This document shows, in pieces, positions 20,843 to 30,811 of a stretch of 64,000 nt of DNA. This stretch comes from an uncultured bacterium (GTDB taxonomy: Bacteria; Patescibacteriota; Minisyncoccia; Moranbacterales; UBA2206), in the NCBI GenBank assembly GCA_903841185.1, contig CAIMIV010000070.1:2984-66983 (forward strand), in the 5' to 3' direction. Below the pieces are notes generated by a model, which saw only the letters and a program-made list of their open reading frames with translations, searched no databases and was not told the DNA's origin. Each line of letters begins with the position of its first letter. Position 1 is the first letter of the stretch. The position numbers and the translations under genes were made by a program.

Positions 20843-21577
20843 TTAACTTAAAAAAACATATTTGCGATATTCCTCCAAAAACATTACCAACATTTTTCGT
20901 AATTCCTCCTTTTCTTCTTCGCTAAGAGCTAATACTTTTTTAGTTTGGCGCAATATCAAAGACTGCTTAACATAATCCGTTCCCAGAAATTGGGGATGAT
21001 ATTTTTCCAGCATGGCGGGAATATCTTTTTTTGGAACCGCGACGCCTTGACCCAAAAGCAAAGCATCGCTCATATTGATGATATAATTTACCCATTTTTC
21101 CGGCTTTCTTTTGAAGATGCTCTGCCCCTCGCTCACCGCATGCTCATAATTTTCTTGCCATTCGGAGCGAATGTCCCGTTGTACAATTTCATGCACTTCC
21201 GGTATGAGCTCTTTTATGTTTTTACCCGCTAAAACTCGGGCTTTTTCCTTCAGCTCCACTAAAAAAATATTGCTAACAAAACGCGTAGCTTTTTTATTAT
21301 CAGCTAGCCTGTTTTCAAAATCCACATAAGGAACCGCCGAAAAACCCATCTCCAGAGCGTATTTTTGAGCCATTCTTTCCAAACTAATAATTGGCACGTT
21401 TTTTGCATCCTTCACCAAAACCAACAAATCATAATCACTATACCCCTCCACAATATCATAGGTGCCATAACTTCCTATCACTATCAAGGAAACCAAATTC
21501 TCACCGAAAGATTTTTGAAACAACTCCGCAATTTCCCGCTCCATTTGATCCACTCGTCGTTTTCTTTTTTCGTTCAT
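20843..21577 (-). CDS. Nucleotidyltransferase-domain protein (Pol-beta superfamily)
   Basis: IGSYG...YSDYDLLVLV; helical C-terminus. Confidence 0.75.
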   Translation of the reverse strand: MNEKRKRRVDQMEREIAELFQKSFGENLVSLIVIGSYGTYDIVEGYSDYDLLVLVKDAKNVPIISLERMAQKYALEMGFSAVPYVDFENRLADNKKATRFVSNIFLVELKEKARVLAGKNIKELIPEVHEIVQRDIRSEWQENYEHAVSEGQSIFKRKPEKWVNYIINMSDALLLGQGVAVPKKDIPAMLEKYHPQFLGTDYVKQSLILRQTKKVLALSEEEKEELRKMLVMFLEEYRKYVFLS

Positions 21578-21777
21578 TATGTAAAAAATATTTTTCTTAG
21601 TTATGTATCTAATTCTCCACCAAGCCTGTTAGTAAGTCAAGTTGCATTTAAGTCCGACTTAGCTGCAACTCTTTGTTGCAAAATATTACAAGATACTTAA
21701 TTCACCTCCATTCTTCTTTTTTATTTTCCCCTCTGACTCACCCTTCTTGCTTTTTTATATCAGTTAAATCCTAAAAT

Positions 21778-21984
21778 CTATGTCAAAAGTTTTTGAATAT
21801 CTTCTTGGCTAAATTCTTTCCTATAATCTATTAGCTTAGAGTCTGTAGCTTTTACTTTATTTGAGCCAGTTTTTCCATTCCCAAAATTGGGAATGGATGT
21901 AAAATAATCAAGGTCTTCTACAAAATCATATTTTTTGATTCTATCTGTGATCCAAGTTGCAAACCTCTTTCCAACGCCCGTCCA
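21778..21984 (-). pseudogene. Internally deleted antA paralog
   Basis: Reads WTGVGKRFATWITDRIKKYDFVEDLDYF...KATDS fused in frame to KLIDYRKEFSQEDIQKLLT*; no in-frame ATG before the upstream stop. Confidence 0.8.
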
Positions 21985-22153
21985 TTTTCGGCGTGCTGGA
22001 CACTTTGTTTGAAACTATTTTTACCTTTGCGGAAAAAGTGGAACAACCTTGGAAATAATCTCGGATCTTTTTACCTTCTTCATGTTAGTATTATGAAATA
22101 AAAGCCCTCTACCCGTATATTACTTTTTATAATACATTAATTTTATAAAAAAT

Positions 22154-22300
22154 ATGTGGACCATCATTACAATCTTATTAATTCTCTGGTTTTTGGGACT
22201 CATTACCTCTTACACAGCGGGCGGGTTGTTGCATATCCTACTAGTAGTTGCGATTATCTTAGTTATTGTGCGTTTATTGCAAGGTCGTTCAGTCTTATAA
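22154..22300 (+). CDS. lmo0937/DUF5670-type small membrane protein (48 aa)
   Basis: MWTIITILLILWFLGLITSYTAGGLLHILLVVAII...LLQGR; below the ORF-track cutoff. Confidence 0.85.
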   Translation: MWTIITILLILWFLGLITSYTAGGLLHILLVVAIILVIVRLLQGRSVL

Positions 22301-22387
22301 AATAAAAAAACACCCCCTCCCCAACAAAAAGACCCACTGCACGTGAGTCTTTTTTTATTAATCCTATCGCCGCAACCAAAATCACCT

Positions 22388-22696
22388 CTACAATTCCCTG
22401 TCTCTCGGAAATTCAAAGTAGTACAGCACGCGCATGATCAATTGCCCGATGAGCAGATATACAAAGAGTGCCAGCAAGACCGTGAAGTCAATGACGAAAG
22501 CACCGATATGCAAAGTGGAAAAAATATTTTTGAATGGGGCGACTAGCGACGCCGAATTGGCCATTATCCACTGGGCGAAGGTGCCCGACAGATTGGCAGC
22601 AAAAAAAATCAGGATAAAGCGAAACAAAAGCAGCACTTCAACGACATAGAAGATTACGTTTACGATTAGGCGGATAATGCCCACGATACCAAACAT
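22388..22696 (-). CDS. YggT family membrane protein
   Basis: LLLFRFIL..FAAN...LVAPF...IDF. Confidence 0.75.
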   Translation of the reverse strand: MFGIVGIIRLIVNVIFYVVEVLLLFRFILIFFAANLSGTFAQWIMANSASLVAPFKNIFSTLHIGAFVIDFTVLLALFVYLLIGQLIMRVLYYFEFPRDREL

Positions 22697-22851
22697 AGCT
22701 TTTTCACTTATTACTTATACCCCTAATACATCTCACTGGAGCGTATATTTCGAAAAATCAACTGTCTTTCGCTTTTCTTCCAACCGGCCTTGCGAAATAT
22801 ATTTGGCGTACCGCTGTATTATCTATGTAATAAACTTTAATAAAAAAAGCT

Positions 22852-23211
22852 ATGGACTCTTCATTCAACTCGCCCAGCACAAAACCGCTTTATCGAGGGA
22901 CGCAAATTGTCTGGTATCTTCTCGGTCTTTTGGAGATACTGCTCGCCTTTCGTTTCATTTTGAAATTATTGGGAGCCAATCCCGCGGCTGGTTTTACCGA
23001 TTTCATCTATGGCGTGACCTACATTTTTGCAGCCCCCTTCCTGAGTGTTTTCCGCCTTACGAAAGTCTCCGGCAACATCTTTGAATGGACCACCTTGCTA
23101 GCGATGCTGGTGTACTGGATTATTGCCCTTGGCATCATTAAACTATTCCTGATGGGCAGGACCGTCTCGACGCCGGAAGCTGCGAACAAAATGAACAAGC
23201 AAGAAAAATAG
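22852..23211 (+). CDS. YggT family membrane protein
   Basis: LLAFRFILKLLGANP...FAAPF...LLAMLVY. Confidence 0.78.
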   Translation: MDSSFNSPSTKPLYRGTQIVWYLLGLLEILLAFRFILKLLGANPAAGFTDFIYGVTYIFAAPFLSVFRLTKVSGNIFEWTTLLAMLVYWIIALGIIKLFLMGRTVSTPEAANKMNKQEK

Positions 23212-23243
23212 AATAAAGTTAATCAATTTTAATTAAAAAATAT

Positions 23244-23483
23244 ATGGGTATCATTTTATGGATTGTCTTCGGGGCAATCGTCGGCTGGGTAGCCTCCGCC
23301 GTCATGGGGACTAGCGAGGGGCTGTTGATGGACATCGTCTTCGGAATCGTCGGAGCGGTGTTGGGCGGATGGATAATGAGCTTTCTGGGAAAAAGCGGCG
23401 TGTCCGGCTTCAACCTATACAGCTTTCTAGTCGCTATCCTCGGCGCCGTGGTGTTGATCGCCATTGTGAGAGCCATTCGCTAA
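23244..23483 (+). CDS. GlsB/YeaQ/YmgE (transglycosylase-associated) membrane protein
   Basis: WIVFGAIVGWVAS, GIVGAVLGG, AILGAVVL. Confidence 0.9.
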   Translation: MGIILWIVFGAIVGWVASAVMGTSEGLLMDIVFGIVGAVLGGWIMSFLGKSGVSGFNLYSFLVAILGAVVLIAIVRAIR

Positions 23484-23560
23484 AAGCAATGTGACCATGC
23501 CAAAAAAAATACCCGTCCAGCGGGTATTTTTGTTTTTTGTTTAGCTAGTAGTATTAATTT

Positions 23561-24292
23561 TTAAATTTGTGCCAGAATAAAGGCCATTAAAAAACCCGTG
23601 ATCGTAAGCAGGCTCACAGCATAGCCACCCTCTTCATAGGCTTCCGGCATCATACTGCTGGCCAGCATGGCTAATATAGCACCCGCGGCTAATGATTCCA
23701 AAATGCCGATCGTATTGGGATTCAAATCATGCAAAAAAACAAAACTCAGCACCGTGGCCAAGGCCACTACTATTCCAGCAATCAACCAAATATAAAAAAT
23801 ACTCTTGGAAGAAAATTTTTCTTTTTTTAATCCCGCTACGGAGGCGATGCTTTCTGGAATATTGGAAATCACAATGGCCACCAGCATAATTATTCCCACA
23901 CCCTTGTTTGCAAATAAGGCGATTCCCAAGGCGATAGACTCTGGAATCCCATCCAGCAACGAACCCACCACTATTATCAGCCCATTGGAAGAGTGCTTGG
24001 CGGGGCTATGTTGATGCCGTCGATGCTTGCGACCGCCCAAATGATGAATCACCCAATCACCGGCCACATACAGCAATCCTCCTGCAAAAAAGCCGATAAT
24101 CACCGCGTCAAAACCGCCGTGACCAAAAGCCTCCTCCATTAGGCCGAATGTCAGGGCGCAAATAAGCACTCCAGAGCCAAAGGCCATAACCGCGGCGATG
24201 ACTTTTTGTTGCAAATGAAAATAGCCGCCGATCAGTGCTCCGACAATAAGAGAAAAACCATTGATACAAGCAAACACCAGAACTTGGGTCAT
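23561..24292 (-). CDS. ZIP family metal transporter
   Basis: AFGSGVL, LLDGIPES, ISNIPES, MMPEAYE; His-rich loop. Confidence 0.85.
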   Translation of the reverse strand: MTQVLVFACINGFSLIVGALIGGYFHLQQKVIAAVMAFGSGVLICALTFGLMEEAFGHGGFDAVIIGFFAGGLLYVAGDWVIHHLGGRKHRRHQHSPAKHSSNGLIIVVGSLLDGIPESIALGIALFANKGVGIIMLVAIVISNIPESIASVAGLKKEKFSSKSIFYIWLIAGIVVALATVLSFVFLHDLNPNTIGILESLAAGAILAMLASSMMPEAYEEGGYAVSLLTITGFLMAFILAQI

Positions 24293-24322
24293 AATTGTTT
24301 ATACTATATTTATTTTATTAGC

Positions 24323-25474
24323 TTAGCTAGTGACTTTCCTTTTAGCGGAGAGTTGATTTATTTTGTTTCTCATCGGCACTTCAACAAAATAATAAGTTAA
24401 GGTGGAAATAAGAATAACACTGGCCAAATAGATGGAAGCATACAACCAGGCAATTCCCCAGTCGAGATGGTCTAATTTTATTTGCGTAAATTTTTTGAAA
24501 TAATTAAGCAGAAAAAACATAATCGGAAGGTGCATCAGATAGACTGAATATGAAATATCGCCCAAATAGATGAGCGGCTTGAGATTGAGAAGATATTTGC
24601 CAACGCCTTCGACATAAACGCTGGCTAATATTATAGCAGCGAATACCACAATTGGAACAAAATCAGGTGTAGGAACAGCCATTACTGTCACAATCGCCAC
24701 TATGGTCAATAACCAGACCGCATCTTTATTGAAATATCTCCGACCCCAGCCGACGCGATAGAGCTCATAGAGCAGCATGCCGAAGAGAAAACCAAAAAAA
24801 CAGCGAATAAACCCATAATCATAAGTGACATCCAAGCTGTATTTCACACTGGGGTCAAGTGCGCTTTTTGATGTAGGAGATAATGGATAGAGGTAGTAAT
24901 TTATGAATAAATAACCAGCAACGACACCAAAAAAAATAAAGATTTTTTTCCAACCGGTAATTTTGCGAAAAGGAATCAGCAAAAAAGGAAAAACAACATA
25001 CATCCACCATTCGACACTGATAGACCAGGAAGCGCTGTCCCAGGAAAGAAAGTCGTATACATTCATGGATTGAAGAAGAAGCAGATGAGCCCAGATAGCT
25101 TGCATATTGAAAGTGTAGATATAATCTGTCGGATAGAGTGTGAAATTGGCTCGATACCAGAAGTACAGCACTCCCATGAATAAAAGGGAAAACAGATGCA
25201 GCGGATAGATGCGGGCAAACCGTGAAAGCATGAATTTTTTGAAATTTTCCTTAATATTTTTTTCGAAAGGCTCCGAATAAACGTGCATCATAATAAAACC
25301 GGAGAGTAAAAAAAAGAAGTCTACCCATAGATAGCCTTTTTGGATAAAATGATTGAGCGGACCATCCCAGGGTGATAGAGCAAAACAGAAAACATTCACA
25401 TGAAGCAGTATGACTAAAATCGCAGCTAAGCCACGAAGAGACGAAAGTGAAGAAAGATAATTTTTCTTTTGCAT
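24323..25474 (-). CDS. Acyltransferase family 3 (OafA-like)
   Basis: SLRGLAA, VDFFFLLSGF, RFARIYP, WSISVEW, GDISYSVYLMH. Confidence 0.92.
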   Translation of the reverse strand: MQKKNYLSSLSSLRGLAAILVILLHVNVFCFALSPWDGPLNHFIQKGYLWVDFFFLLSGFIMMHVYSEPFEKNIKENFKKFMLSRFARIYPLHLFSLLFMGVLYFWYRANFTLYPTDYIYTFNMQAIWAHLLLLQSMNVYDFLSWDSASWSISVEWWMYVVFPFLLIPFRKITGWKKIFIFFGVVAGYLFINYYLYPLSPTSKSALDPSVKYSLDVTYDYGFIRCFFGFLFGMLLYELYRVGWGRRYFNKDAVWLLTIVAIVTVMAVPTPDFVPIVVFAAIILASVYVEGVGKYLLNLKPLIYLGDISYSVYLMHLPIMFFLLNYFKKFTQIKLDHLDWGIAWLYASIYLASVILISTLTYYFVEVPMRNKINQLSAKRKVTS

Positions 25475-25538
25475 ATTGCTATTTCCTATACATTTAACTT
25501 ATCCATCATACACGTTAAAAACTAAAAAGAAAAACTGT

Positions 25539-25574
25539 TAGACCTCTTACGTAATAAGTTATGCAAGAAGTCTA
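25539..25574. repeat. Short palindrome with ends like the 4709-4868 element
   Basis: TAGACCTCTTACGTAA...TTATGCAAGAAGTCTA; includes the GDSL gene stop codon. Confidence 0.5.
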
Positions 25575-26255
25575 TTGAAGATATGGGGTAATTAGATCCC
25601 TCCACACGGCATAGCCATGAGAATTGAGATGCAGTCCATCCGCAGTATATTTAGTATATAGCTGATTATCTTCCCCGCAAAAATAAGGATAGAGATCAAC
25701 AAAAAATATGTTTTTGCCCACAGCCAATGATTTTAGCTTCGCATTGAGCGCGATGATTTTTTGACTATCCACCTTGCCATAGCGAGAGATAGTATTGTTT
25801 ACCGGCAAGATACTTTGGATATAGATTATTGTTTCCGGAGATTCAACCTTGATTTTGTTTACCACTAGATCATAGTTAGCTGCCACGTAAGCCACATCTT
25901 GTCCTCTGATAAAATCATTAATACCGATCATTAGAAATAATTTATGCGGTTTGGCACTGATGGCGACACTTAGCCGTGCCAAAACATCATCCGTAGTATT
26001 GCCGGAAACGCCGGCATTTTTGATGTGAGTATCCCCCAACAAAGTGTTCCAATTTTCCAGTGCTGTGATGCTGTCGCCAAGAAACACCGTTCGGCTGGCT
26101 GCATCGGCTGCCGACTGACCTTGCCCCGAGAAAGAAACGATATATTGCCAACCGGTCTGCGGTTTATGATCCCCTAGCCAAATCGAACCGCCAACAATAA
26201 CTGAAATCAGTAGAATTATTCCAACCGCCCATTCTATTTTTATATTTTTGTTCAT
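25572..26255 (-). CDS. SGNH/GDSL hydrolase, membrane-anchored
   Basis: FLGDSIT, GVSG, GIND, DGLHL. Confidence 0.9.
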   Translation of the reverse strand: MNKNIKIEWAVGIILLISVIVGGSIWLGDHKPQTGWQYIVSFSGQGQSAADAASRTVFLGDSITALENWNTLLGDTHIKNAGVSGNTTDDVLARLSVAISAKPHKLFLMIGINDFIRGQDVAYVAANYDLVVNKIKVESPETIIYIQSILPVNNTISRYGKVDSQKIIALNAKLKSLAVGKNIFFVDLYPYFCGEDNQLYTKYTADGLHLNSHGYAVWRDLITPYLQ

Positions 26256-26331
26256 ATTGTTCTCCTAACTCCTGTAGTTTATCACGAAAAATTTAATCTT
26301 TCAATCCAGAAATAATAATTTATTTATTTAT

Positions 26332-27300
26332 TTATTTCGCTAGAATGATATTAAAGAGATAGCCCGTGAAAATAATCCCTAAGCCCACTACGCTGGCAAA
26401 AATCACAATCAGATTGACCTTCATCACTTTTTTCAAAATCATGAATTCCGGCAAGGACAAGGCAGTGACAGCCATCATGAAAGCCAAGGCTGTCCCCATC
26501 GCCACCCCTTTTTCCGTCAAGGCTCCCACCAGCGGAATCACGCCGGCTGCATTGGAATAGAGCGGAATGCCAATGAGCACGGCCAGAGGCACGGCGTACC
26601 ATTTGTCGCTGCCAGCATATTGCGCTAAAAAGTCCGCCGGCACGTAGCCATGAATCCAAGCGCCCAATCCCACGCCAATCACCACATAGAGCCAGACTTT
26701 TTTTACAATCTCCCAAGTATATGTTTTGGCATATTCCATTCTTTCCTCCCAATTTAATTCGGGTAGATTAAGATTTTTATCATTACCCTTCAATGCAAAT
26801 TCCTCCACTAAATTTCTAACATCCATTTTTTCAATCACCATGCCGGAAAAAATTGCAATCAAAAGACCGCTGACAATATAAAGTAGCGCTATTTTCCAAC
26901 CGAACATGCCCAACAGCAACACCAGTGCCACTTCATTGATCATGGGCGAAGCTACCAGGAAAGAAAAGGTGGTGCCCAACGGCACGCCGGCTTGCACAAA
27001 GCCCAAGAAAAGCGGAACCGCCGAGCAAGAACAAAAAGGTGTGACAATTCCCAGCAAAGCGGCCAGGATATTGCCGACATATTTTTTTTCATGCGAAAGA
27101 ATGTTTCTGATTTTTTCTGGCGGCAAGAATGAGCGGATAATCGAAACCACGAAAATTATCACGAACAAAAGCAAAAGAATTTTGATCGTATCGAAGATAA
27201 AGAAATTTACCGCACTCGCCAAAAGCGTTTCGCGAACTATGCCAAAAACTGCATAGGTTAGCCAGTCGGCCAAAAGTTGGATCGGATAAAATATATTCAT
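26332..27300 (-). CDS. ArsP/DUF318 family permease
   Basis: TPFCSCSAVP, SPMINE, GIPLYSN, ALSLPE. Confidence 0.9.
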   Translation of the reverse strand: MNIFYPIQLLADWLTYAVFGIVRETLLASAVNFFIFDTIKILLLLFVIIFVVSIIRSFLPPEKIRNILSHEKKYVGNILAALLGIVTPFCSCSAVPLFLGFVQAGVPLGTTFSFLVASPMINEVALVLLLGMFGWKIALLYIVSGLLIAIFSGMVIEKMDVRNLVEEFALKGNDKNLNLPELNWEERMEYAKTYTWEIVKKVWLYVVIGVGLGAWIHGYVPADFLAQYAGSDKWYAVPLAVLIGIPLYSNAAGVIPLVGALTEKGVAMGTALAFMMAVTALSLPEFMILKKVMKVNLIVIFASVVGLGIIFTGYLFNIILAK

Positions 27301-27322
27301 ACAGTTTTATTTTGGATTTTTA

Positions 27323-27658
27323 TTAACACCGTCCGCCACAACAACACCCGCCGGATCCGGTAGAAGCCTGATCATCACTGCTAATCTTTGTCTCCCTACT
27401 TGCAATGATTTGTTTGATTTTGTCCACGTTGGGCACCTGACCGGCCATGGCCACTTCGCCGTCAATCACGAGAGCAGGCGTGCTCATGAAGCCATAGCTC
27501 ATAATATCTTGGATTTCGGTCACTTTTTCCACCCGCGCTTCCATTTTTAATGCCTCTAAAGCTTGTCGGGTGTTAGTTTCTAATTTAAGGCAATTAGGGC
27601 AACCAGTGCCGAGAATTTTGATGTTCACCCCGTTAGAATTTTTGTTACTACTTGTCAT
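27323..27658 (-). CDS. Small thioredoxin-like redox-active disulfide protein
   Basis: IKILGTGCPNC, STPALVIDG; Cys-rich tail. Confidence 0.88.
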   Translation of the reverse strand: MTSSNKNSNGVNIKILGTGCPNCLKLETNTRQALEALKMEARVEKVTEIQDIMSYGFMSTPALVIDGEVAMAGQVPNVDKIKQIIASRETKISSDDQASTGSGGCCCGGRC

Positions 27659-27752
27659 ATATTTATTGATTACAAATTACTTAAATTTATTAACACCATC
27701 GCTTGAAATATTTAATTTCTAACGGGGTGAATATGTTTTTATAAAAATTAAA

Positions 27753-28715
27753 TTAATTACAATGGGCACATTTCATTTTTAACTTTTCCGCTTCAGTGAC
27801 TGACAGCATTTGGATGGTGACGTGGTTGATCTTGAATTTATGTATTAGCATTTCTTGTATTTGATAGAGCAGCTCATTGCGCTCGCCATTTTCCACATTC
27901 TCAATTTCCAGATGAGCGCTCAAAAATCGGCTATGGCTGTCGGTCTGCCAAATATGCAAGTCGTGCACACCCATGACTCCCGTGATTACCTTAAGCGCGC
28001 CTTTAACTTCCTCAAAATCGATATCACTCGGCACTGATTCCATCAGAATATTTACCGCATCTTTAAGCAATCCATACACTTCTTTCAAAACATACACTGA
28101 CAACACGATGGAAATAATTGGATCAACAATAAACCAATGAAAATAATAAATCAGTACCGCGCCAACCACAATACCCAGAGAAAATAGGGCGTCTTGCAAA
28201 GAATGCAACCAAGCACTTTTCATGTTCAAATTCTTGTGTGCGTCTTTTTCCAAGATATAGGTGGCGATGCCGTTGCCCATCAAGGCCACCAGCGCCGCCC
28301 AAATCATGGAAGTGCCCGCTATTTCTGCCGGGTAAAACAAGCGTTGGGATGCCTCAATTAGGATATACGCCACTACTGCCAAAAGCACGAGAGAATTGAT
28401 GAAGGCAATCAGGATTTCCGCTCGCTTATAGCCATACGTTTTGAGTGTCGTATTGCCTCTGGTTTTTATTTTTTCTCCCCACCAGCTCAAACTCAATGAC
28501 CCGACATCGGAGAAATTGTGCAAGGCTTCCGACACCAACGCCAAGCTGCCAATGAATAGTCCGACTACGATCTCAAAAGCGGTAATAATAATATTCAGCA
28601 CAATCGCCCAGGCGATATTTTTGTTGCCGGACTCCTCCCCGTTTTCTGATTTGCCGTGCGTATGCAGCTCATGCTGATGGGTATGTCCACAACACTCTTT
28701 TTCATATTCCTGCAT
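27753..28715 (-). CDS. Cation diffusion facilitator (CzcD-like)
   Basis: His-rich N-terminus, SEALHNFSD, TYGYKRAE, WLHSLQD, HDLHIW. Confidence 0.92.
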   Translation of the reverse strand: MQEYEKECCGHTHQHELHTHGKSENGEESGNKNIAWAIVLNIIITAFEIVVGLFIGSLALVSEALHNFSDVGSLSLSWWGEKIKTRGNTTLKTYGYKRAEILIAFINSLVLLAVVAYILIEASQRLFYPAEIAGTSMIWAALVALMGNGIATYILEKDAHKNLNMKSAWLHSLQDALFSLGIVVGAVLIYYFHWFIVDPIISIVLSVYVLKEVYGLLKDAVNILMESVPSDIDFEEVKGALKVITGVMGVHDLHIWQTDSHSRFLSAHLEIENVENGERNELLYQIQEMLIHKFKINHVTIQMLSVTEAEKLKMKCAHCN

Positions 28716-28725
28716 AGTTTTTTTA

Positions 28726-29031
28726 TTAGATTACTTGGTTAAATATTTTTTTGTATTCCCGGATGGCTTTTTTATCCAAACCGTAGCGGATGAAATTTCC
28801 CTCGCGTTTTTCCGTCAAAAGTCCGATGCTCTTCAACTGCTTGAGATGGTGTGAAACCAGTTTATCCGAAATACCTATCTGGGGAACGATTTCACAGACG
28901 CACTGTGCCCCACTCCGCAAAACACACAGAATCTTCAATCTATTGGGATCAGCCACCGCCCGCAAAAAAACGTAGACCTGACTAACCTCTTTCTCCTCTT
29001 TTGAATTTTTAGCGCAACATTGGAATTCCAT
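28726..29031 (-). CDS. ArsR/SmtB metalloregulator
   Basis: ADPNRLKIL, CVCE, VSHHLKQL. Confidence 0.92.
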   Translation of the reverse strand: MEFQCCAKNSKEEKEVSQVYVFLRAVADPNRLKILCVLRSGAQCVCEIVPQIGISDKLVSHHLKQLKSIGLLTEKREGNFIRYGLDKKAIREYKKIFNQVI

Positions 29032-29036
29032 AACAA

Positions 29037-29066
29037 ATACTATTCTAATATATATTAGAATAGTAT
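29037..29066. promoter_or_regulatory. Probable ArsR operator
   Basis: Perfect 30-bp palindrome ATACTATTCTAATAT-ATATTAGAATAGTAT, 5 bp upstream of the arsR start. Confidence 0.75.
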
Positions 29067-29126
29067 GCCAATATCTTTATTGTGTCAAGAGTGTAAGCCT
29101 TAACTTGCAGCATTAGAAAATTAAGC

Positions 29127-30446
29127 TTAATCACCGGCAATCTCCTGCAAGAACTCTTTTTGTTTCCTCCTTTTTTCTAGCATCCCCAGTTGCTCGATTT
29201 CTTGCACATTAGCGCGGGACAGTTCTTCCAGCGCTTTGTCAAATTCATAGACTTGCGGATTCACCTCCAAAGCCACGTCATTGATCCCCAACAGTTTGAT
29301 GCCGTCCAAGGTGCGCACCCGGGACAGGGCGACGTAGCCCATGCCATATTCAAAAGACTTACTGAGATCCATTTCCACCGCGTCCAAGGTCATCCCCTGG
29401 CTTTTGTGTACCGTAATCGCCCAAGCCAGCCGCAGAGGCATTTGGGTGACTGAGGCGAGCAGCGTGTCTTCCTCTTCAATGGACCATTTTTCCGGAATCA
29501 CCGCAATCCGTTTGCCGGAAGTGATTTCTACCAACGGCAAGCCCAGACTGTCAAAGCCCATCACCCGCCCCAGTGTGCCGTTGACGTAACCCCGTTCAAA
29601 ATTGTTTTTCACAAACATCACTGCCGCTCCGATTTTCAATACCAGTGTTTCCGGCGCCAGGCAGCCTCGTTTGATAGTGCTAATCAGATTATCAATACCG
29701 GTGGCCGTCATCTGGAATACTTTAGGCTCCGCTTCAATTTTTTGCAATTCAAAATCATTGATAGCATCCACATTGGCATTGTGGGTATAGAGCTTGGTCG
29801 GTACAATCTTGCCTTTGAGAGATTTGTTTTCTCGCGTCATAATCAAATCCCGCGTTTTTTCGTCGCAAGACCGGTTGCGGATGTCATTCAAAATTTGGAG
29901 CATTCGGCGGTCTTCTTGGCGATGCTGTTCTTCCAAATAGCAAATCTTGGGCCGCATGGTTGCCCACGCCTCCGATTCGATGACAAATTGCGCTTTTCTC
30001 CCGTATTTGGCCACCGGTGGCAACTGAAAAAAATCTCCGCAGAGAATCACCTGCAGTCCGCCGAAGGGCTGAAAAGGGTCTTTGAATTTTTTGCAAATGC
30101 TGTCCACCAGGTCCAACTGATGGGCATGCAACATCGACACTTCATCAATGATGAGGACCTTGGCTTTTTTAAATTTTTGCCGATGATAATGCTTTTTGGC
30201 CAATTTAGTCAGATCCTCTTCGCTAAGTGTGTCACTGATACCCATCCCCGACCAGCTATGGATGGTCTGGCCGTTCATGTGGGTGGCCGCAATTCCCGTG
30301 GAAGCAGTGACCGCCACGCCGATGTTTTTTTCTTTGAGATAAGCGATATATTGGTTCAACAAATAGGTCTTGCCGCTGCCGGCAGGACCCGTCAAAAAAA
30401 CGTTATGACCCAGTTTGAGAATATCAAGCGCTGTTTTTTGTTTCAT
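29127..30446 (-). CDS. PIF1-like SF1B helicase
   Basis: GPAGSGKT, TASTGIAA, IIDEVSM, GDFFQLPP, AITVHKSQG, YVALSR. Confidence 0.92.
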   Translation of the reverse strand: MKQKTALDILKLGHNVFLTGPAGSGKTYLLNQYIAYLKEKNIGVAVTASTGIAATHMNGQTIHSWSGMGISDTLSEEDLTKLAKKHYHRQKFKKAKVLIIDEVSMLHAHQLDLVDSICKKFKDPFQPFGGLQVILCGDFFQLPPVAKYGRKAQFVIESEAWATMRPKICYLEEQHRQEDRRMLQILNDIRNRSCDEKTRDLIMTRENKSLKGKIVPTKLYTHNANVDAINDFELQKIEAEPKVFQMTATGIDNLISTIKRGCLAPETLVLKIGAAVMFVKNNFERGYVNGTLGRVMGFDSLGLPLVEITSGKRIAVIPEKWSIEEEDTLLASVTQMPLRLAWAITVHKSQGMTLDAVEMDLSKSFEYGMGYVALSRVRTLDGIKLLGINDVALEVNPQVYEFDKALEELSRANVQEIEQLGMLEKRRKQKEFLQEIAGD

Positions 30447-30811
30447 ATCCGCATTTTATAGGAAATATGGGGTTATGTACATTAAGCCTCTCTTTGTAAC
30501 AGCATCCCTTCTTGCCTGCTCTTCCGCCGAGACTGGCGCAAGGGCACAGCCCATTTGCTCTCCCATAAAATTAGGTTAGACAATTAATAAAAATATTTTT
30601 ACCATTTTATTGCCAGATAATTCATCGTCACCCTTAACCCCTTTATTCTAGCAAGAAAATGCTTCCGTCACAAATACCATTTCCAAATTATTGAACTAAT
30701 AATTTTATCCTTTGGATTTGATTTTAATGAGAATAAAAAAAGAGACTACCTTGCGATAGTCTCCATGATTCAAGCAATGTTGAACCTTGCTCCTTTGCCG
30801 TTTTTTCGGCT

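Noticed and set aside
29742-30461. 239-aa plus-strand ORF and similar shadows (776-1447, 38479-39204, 41528-42187, 45510-46181)
   Set aside because: Each lies opposite a well-supported gene and shows no protein family features
30456-30566. 36-aa minus-strand ORF upstream of the helicase
   Set aside because: No clear RBS or recognisable homology; cannot be supported
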